NCBI GenBank assembly: GCA_001775755.1
Contig: MEYF01000076.1
Coordinates: 1 to 61,307, forward strand
Direction: 5' to 3'
Source: Candidatus Aminicenantes bacterium RBG_19FT_COMBO_65_30
Lineage (GTDB): Bacteria > Acidobacteriota > Aminicenantia > Aminicenantales > Saccharicenantaceae
DNA length: 61,307 bases
Position 1 is the first letter of the stretch; each line of letters begins with the position of its first letter. A program made the position numbers and the translations under genes. The notes beneath the pieces are model-generated. The model saw only the letters and a program-made list of their open reading frames with translations. It was not told the DNA's origin and searched no databases. Positions 58,027-61,307 of the stretch are shown piece by piece.

Positions 58027-59058
58027 TCAGATGAGGGAGATCTTTTTCAGGAGCTCGAGGTCGTCGAGCATCTTGCCCGCCCCGAGGACGACGGTTGTCA
58101 GCGGGTCCTCGGTGATGAACACGGGCAGCTGGGTCTCCTCGCGGATCCTCTTGTCCAGGTTCTTGAGGAGCGCGCCGCCGCCGGTCAGGATGATGCCTCG
58201 GTCGATGATGTCCGCCGAGAGCTCGGGCGGGGTCCGCTCCAGGGCGATGCGGATGGCGTTGATGATGGCGGCCACGGTCTCTTCGATGGCCTCGCGGATC
58301 TCCTGGTCGTCGACGACGATGGTCCTCGGGATCCCCTCGCGGAGGTCCCGGCCCTTGATCTCCATGGCGATGGGCTCGTCGAGCGGGTAAGCCGATCCGA
58401 TCTGCATCTTGACGATCTCGGCCGTCCGCTCGCCGATGAGGAGGTTGTATTTCTTCTTCAGGTAGTGGATGACGGCGTCGTCCATCTCGTTGCCGGCGAC
58501 GCGAATGCTGTGGTTGAAGACGATGCCGTCCATGGAAATGACGGCGATGTCGGTCGTGCCCCCGCCGATGTCGACGATCATGTTCCCGGTCGGCTCGGAG
58601 ATGGGCAGGTCCGCCCCGATCGCGGCCGACATGGGCTGTTCGATGAGGTAGACCTCCGAGGCCTTGGCCCGCATGGCGACGTCCTTGACGGCCCGCCGCT
58701 CGACCTGGGTGATCCCGGTCGGGATGCCGATGACGATCCTCGGCCGGAGAAGGAAGCCGCGGTTGTTCATGGCCTTCTTGATGAAGTAGTCCAGCATCTT
58801 CTCGGCGATCTCGAAGTCGGCGATGACGCCGTCGCGCATGGGCTTGATGGCCATGACGCTCGCCGGCGTCTTGCCGAGCATCTCTTTAGCCCGCGAGCCG
58901 ACGGCCTCGACCTTGCCGGACAGCTTATTGATGACGACGATCGAGGGCTCCTGGACGATGATGCCCTTGCCCTTGAGGAAGACGAGGGTATTGGCCGTTC
59001 CCAGGTCGATGGCCAGGTCGCAGAATAGCCTGTCTTTCAACCAGCTGATAACGCTCAT
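58027..59058 (-). CDS. mreB: rod shape-determining protein MreB
   Basis: Start at the internal ATG 59058 (MSVISWLKDRLFCDLAIDLGTANT). Actin-fold motifs DLGTANT and DIGGGTTD. Confidence 0.96.
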   Translation of the reverse strand: MSVISWLKDRLFCDLAIDLGTANTLVFLKGKGIIVQEPSIVVINKLSGKVEAVGSRAKEMLGKTPASVMAIKPMRDGVIADFEIAEKMLDYFIKKAMNNRGFLLRPRIVIGIPTGITQVERRAVKDVAMRAKASEVYLIEQPMSAAIGADLPISEPTGNMIVDIGGGTTDIAVISMDGIVFNHSIRVAGNEMDDAVIHYLKKKYNLLIGERTAEIVKMQIGSAYPLDEPIAMEIKGRDLREGIPRTIVVDDQEIREAIEETVAAIINAIRIALERTPPELSADIIDRGIILTGGGALLKNLDKRIREETQLPVFITEDPLTTVVLGAGKMLDDLELLKKISLI

Positions 59059-59138
59059 GTAGCTTCTCTCTCCGTCCGGGCCATTTTTAACACATTTCTC
59101 CCTCCGAATCAAATCAAGCACCCCGAGGAGGTTCCGGC

Positions 59139-59168
59139 TTGACTTTGCTTCCGGACTTCCCATATACA
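59139..59168 (+). promoter_or_regulatory. candidate sigma-70 promoter for the OPT transporter gene
   Basis: TTGACT - 18 nt - TATACA. It is followed by the AAGGAG RBS and the ATG at 59196. Confidence 0.4.
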
Positions 59169-59195
59169 TTAGGAAACTTTCGAAAGGAGCGCGCG

Positions 59196-61241
59196 ATGAG
59201 CCACCAACCCTACATCCCCGAAAATACAGACATGAGAGAATTCACCATCCGGGCCATCCTCATCGGCCTCGTCATGACGGTCATCCTCGGCGCCGCCAAC
59301 GCCTATCTCGGCCTGAGAGCGGGCATGACCATCGCCGCCACTTATCCTGCGGCCGTCATCGGCATGGCCGTCCTGCGGATCATGAAAGGCTCGATCCTCG
59401 AGGAGAACATCGCCCGGACCGTCGGTTCCATCGGCGAGTCCGTCGCAGCCGGCGCCATTTTCACCATCCCGGCCTTCCTCATCTCCGGCGCCTGGCTGAA
59501 ATTCAACACTGTCGAGGCCTACCTCAAGTCGTCCGCCCTGATGTTCGTCGGCGGCCTCCTGGGGATCCTTTTCGTAACCTTCCTCCGCCGGGTCATGGTC
59601 ACCGACCCCGACCTCATCTTCCCCGAGTCGGTCGCCGCGGCCGAGATCCACAAAGCCGGGCAAAAGGGCAGCCAGGGCGCCAAGCACCTCTTCCAGGCCA
59701 TGGGCCTCGGGGCCTTCTTCTACGCCCTCGGCGTCATCCAGCTTTTCGCCGCCTCCAAGGACTTCATCATCAAAGTCGGCCGGATCGGGACGAGCTTTGT
59801 CCGTTTGGGCGCCGCCAAGGACGCCCCGACGATCGGCACGGGCGGGACCGTGGCCGTCTCCGGGCCGGGAATCTACCCGGCCTACATCGGGGTCGGCTAT
59901 ATCATCGGTCCCCGCCTGGCGTCCCTCAACTTCGCCGGCGGCGTCCTGGCCTGGGGCTTGTTCGCCCCCCTGTTGATGTATTTCCTCGGGCCCCAGCTCG
60001 CCGAACGGTTCTACGGCCCGGGCGCGGTCATGGCCGCCGCCGACTGGCCCGACATGGTGACCAACGTCTGGAAGTTCATCATCCGGCCGATCGCCGTGGG
60101 CGGCATGCTCGTCGGCGCCGGCTATACCCTCTACCGCATGAGAAAAAACCTGGCCGCGGGGATCAAGCGCTCGCTCGGCGACGTCAAGAAGGCCGCCGGC
60201 CAAGCGGAAACGACCTCCCGGCTTGAAAAAGACCTCAACATCAAGGCTGTGCTGACCGGGCTCGTGGCGACGTTCGTCCTGATGATCTTCGTCTACAAGG
60301 TCTTTGCCGGCACCTGGCCGCCCGCCATCCTGGCCGCCGTGGTCATGGCCATTGCCGGCTTCTTCTTCGCCGCGGTCTCGGGCAACCTCGTCGGGACGAT
60401 CGGTTCGTCCAACAACCCCATCTCCGGGCTGACGCTGTCGACGCTCATCATCGCCGCCCTCCTCATGGTCGTTGTCGGCGCTACGGGGATGAGCGGCGTC
60501 GCGGCCGTCCTCGGAGTCGCCGCCGTCGTCTGCGTCTCCTCGGCCGTGGCCGGCGAGATGCTCCAGGACCTCAAGGTCGGGCATATCCTGGGAGGGACGC
60601 CCTACAAGATGCAGATCGGGAACATCTTCGGCGTCCTTCTCTCGGCCCTGGTCATGTACTTCCCGCTGATGCTTCTCCACGGCGCCTTCACCTTCGGGAG
60701 CAAGGAACTGCCCGCCCCGCAGGCCGGCCTGATGGCCGCCCTGTCCCAGGGCATCGTCGGCGGCGAGATGGCCTGGCCCCTCGTCATCGTCGGCATGCTC
60801 ATGGGCTTCGCGCTGATCCTTGTTCAGGTCAAGTCACCCATGCTCGTCGCCGTCGGGATGTATCTGCCTCTGGAGACGACCTTCGCCATCTTCGTCGGCG
60901 GCATGATCAAGGGCGCCGCCGATCGGCTGGTCGTCAAGCGCCAGCTCAACGAAGCCCAGAAAGCGCGCGTCTCCAACGTCGGCATCCTTCTCGCGGCCGG
61001 GCTGATCGCCGGCGAAGCGCTGACCGGCCTCCTGCGGGCCGCCTGGAAATTCTTCTTCCTCCAGAACGTCATCGCTGTCGACATCCCTGTGATCTTCAAG
61101 GGCGGCAAGTATTTCGGCGTCGTCGATATTTATATCGGCGGCCTGGTGGTCCTCGCCCTCATCGTCCTTTACCTGATCAGGGTTCCGCTCAAGAACGCGG
61201 GCGCCGCGGACGAACCGCCGCCGCCTTCGGCCGTCATCTAG
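59196..61241 (+). CDS. OPT-family oligopeptide transporter
   Basis: Start at ATG 59196 (MSHQPYIPENTDMREFTIRA). It is a polytopic protein of about 680 aa with OPT-type motifs (GLRAGMTIAATYPAAV, GEMLQDLKVGHILGGTP). Confidence 0.88.
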   Translation: MSHQPYIPENTDMREFTIRAILIGLVMTVILGAANAYLGLRAGMTIAATYPAAVIGMAVLRIMKGSILEENIARTVGSIGESVAAGAIFTIPAFLISGAWLKFNTVEAYLKSSALMFVGGLLGILFVTFLRRVMVTDPDLIFPESVAAAEIHKAGQKGSQGAKHLFQAMGLGAFFYALGVIQLFAASKDFIIKVGRIGTSFVRLGAAKDAPTIGTGGTVAVSGPGIYPAYIGVGYIIGPRLASLNFAGGVLAWGLFAPLLMYFLGPQLAERFYGPGAVMAAADWPDMVTNVWKFIIRPIAVGGMLVGAGYTLYRMRKNLAAGIKRSLGDVKKAAGQAETTSRLEKDLNIKAVLTGLVATFVLMIFVYKVFAGTWPPAILAAVVMAIAGFFFAAVSGNLVGTIGSSNNPISGLTLSTLIIAALLMVVVGATGMSGVAAVLGVAAVVCVSSAVAGEMLQDLKVGHILGGTPYKMQIGNIFGVLLSALVMYFPLMLLHGAFTFGSKELPAPQAGLMAALSQGIVGGEMAWPLVIVGMLMGFALILVQVKSPMLVAVGMYLPLETTFAIFVGGMIKGAADRLVVKRQLNEAQKARVSNVGILLAAGLIAGEALTGLLRAAWKFFFLQNVIAVDIPVIFKGGKYFGVVDIYIGGLVVLALIVLYLIRVPLKNAGAADEPPPPSAVI

Positions 61242-61307
61242 AAAAGGAGGCCACTCGGATACCCTGAGCGTCATCCACCTTGAGTCGCTCGGGGTATTCC
61301 CGCCGGG

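Noticed and set aside
61255-61298. Imperfect 14-bp inverted repeat (GGATACCCTGAGCG ... CGCTCGGGGTATTCC) after the OPT transporter gene, considered as a terminator.
   Set aside because: No T-tract follows it, and the window ends 9 nt later, so its context (terminator, the next gene's leader, or a repeat element) cannot be judged.

Overview
This is a GC-rich chromosomal segment from a diderm bacterium, indicated by BamD, several outer-membrane beta-barrels and lipobox lipoproteins. It is almost entirely core or housekeeping DNA. I found no CRISPR array, transposase, integrase, prophage or recognisable defence island.

Gene order:
- phoR (partial) and phoB.
- A small membrane ORF and a secreted MBL-fold hydrolase.
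- phoU-pstB-pstA-pstC-pstS plus a porin.
- tRNA-Asn.
- One tightly packed minus-strand operon: dnaK-dnaJ-hspR-sigma70-DnaC/DnaI-like ATPase.
- An Ala-rich lipoprotein, two L,D-transpeptidases and a secreted protein.
- Malic enzyme.
- nuoA-I, with no nuoJ-N in the window.
- lpd and cstA.
- A membrane HdrD-like Fe-S oxidoreductase.
- Threonine aldolase.
- PASTA-only protein, rpe, bamD, an OMP, an S8 protease, recN, a C_GCAxxG_C_C protein and miaB.
- About 360 nt of non-coding spacer.
- nusA-infB-DUF503-rbfA-nrnA-truB-DUF507-DUF507.
- A C-tract-rich structured spacer.
- A PKD/beta-barrel protein.
- An ACT protein and an orphan exbD.
- Acyl-CoA dehydrogenase.
- A radical-SAM/DUF2344 fusion, then rodA-mrdA-mreD-mreC-mreB.
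- An OPT transporter.

Many long ORFs in the track are antisense or out-of-frame artefacts of the high GC content. Several real genes start well inside the listed ORF, and I re-derived those starts by codon arithmetic.

The signals most worth a second look are:
- A rod-like, roughly 260-nt structure in the miaB-nusA spacer, at the position where rimP normally sits.
- A long-helix element carrying four C6-C8 tracts at 47191-47309.
- A perfect 12-bp inverted repeat over the RBS and start codon of the PKD/beta-barrel gene, together with a thrice-repeated GGAGTTGT motif.
- The lipoprotein / L,D-transpeptidase operon.
- The heat-shock operon that also carries a sigma factor and a helicase-loader-like ATPase.

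Motif coordinates located by hand should be treated as accurate to about +/-2 nt.
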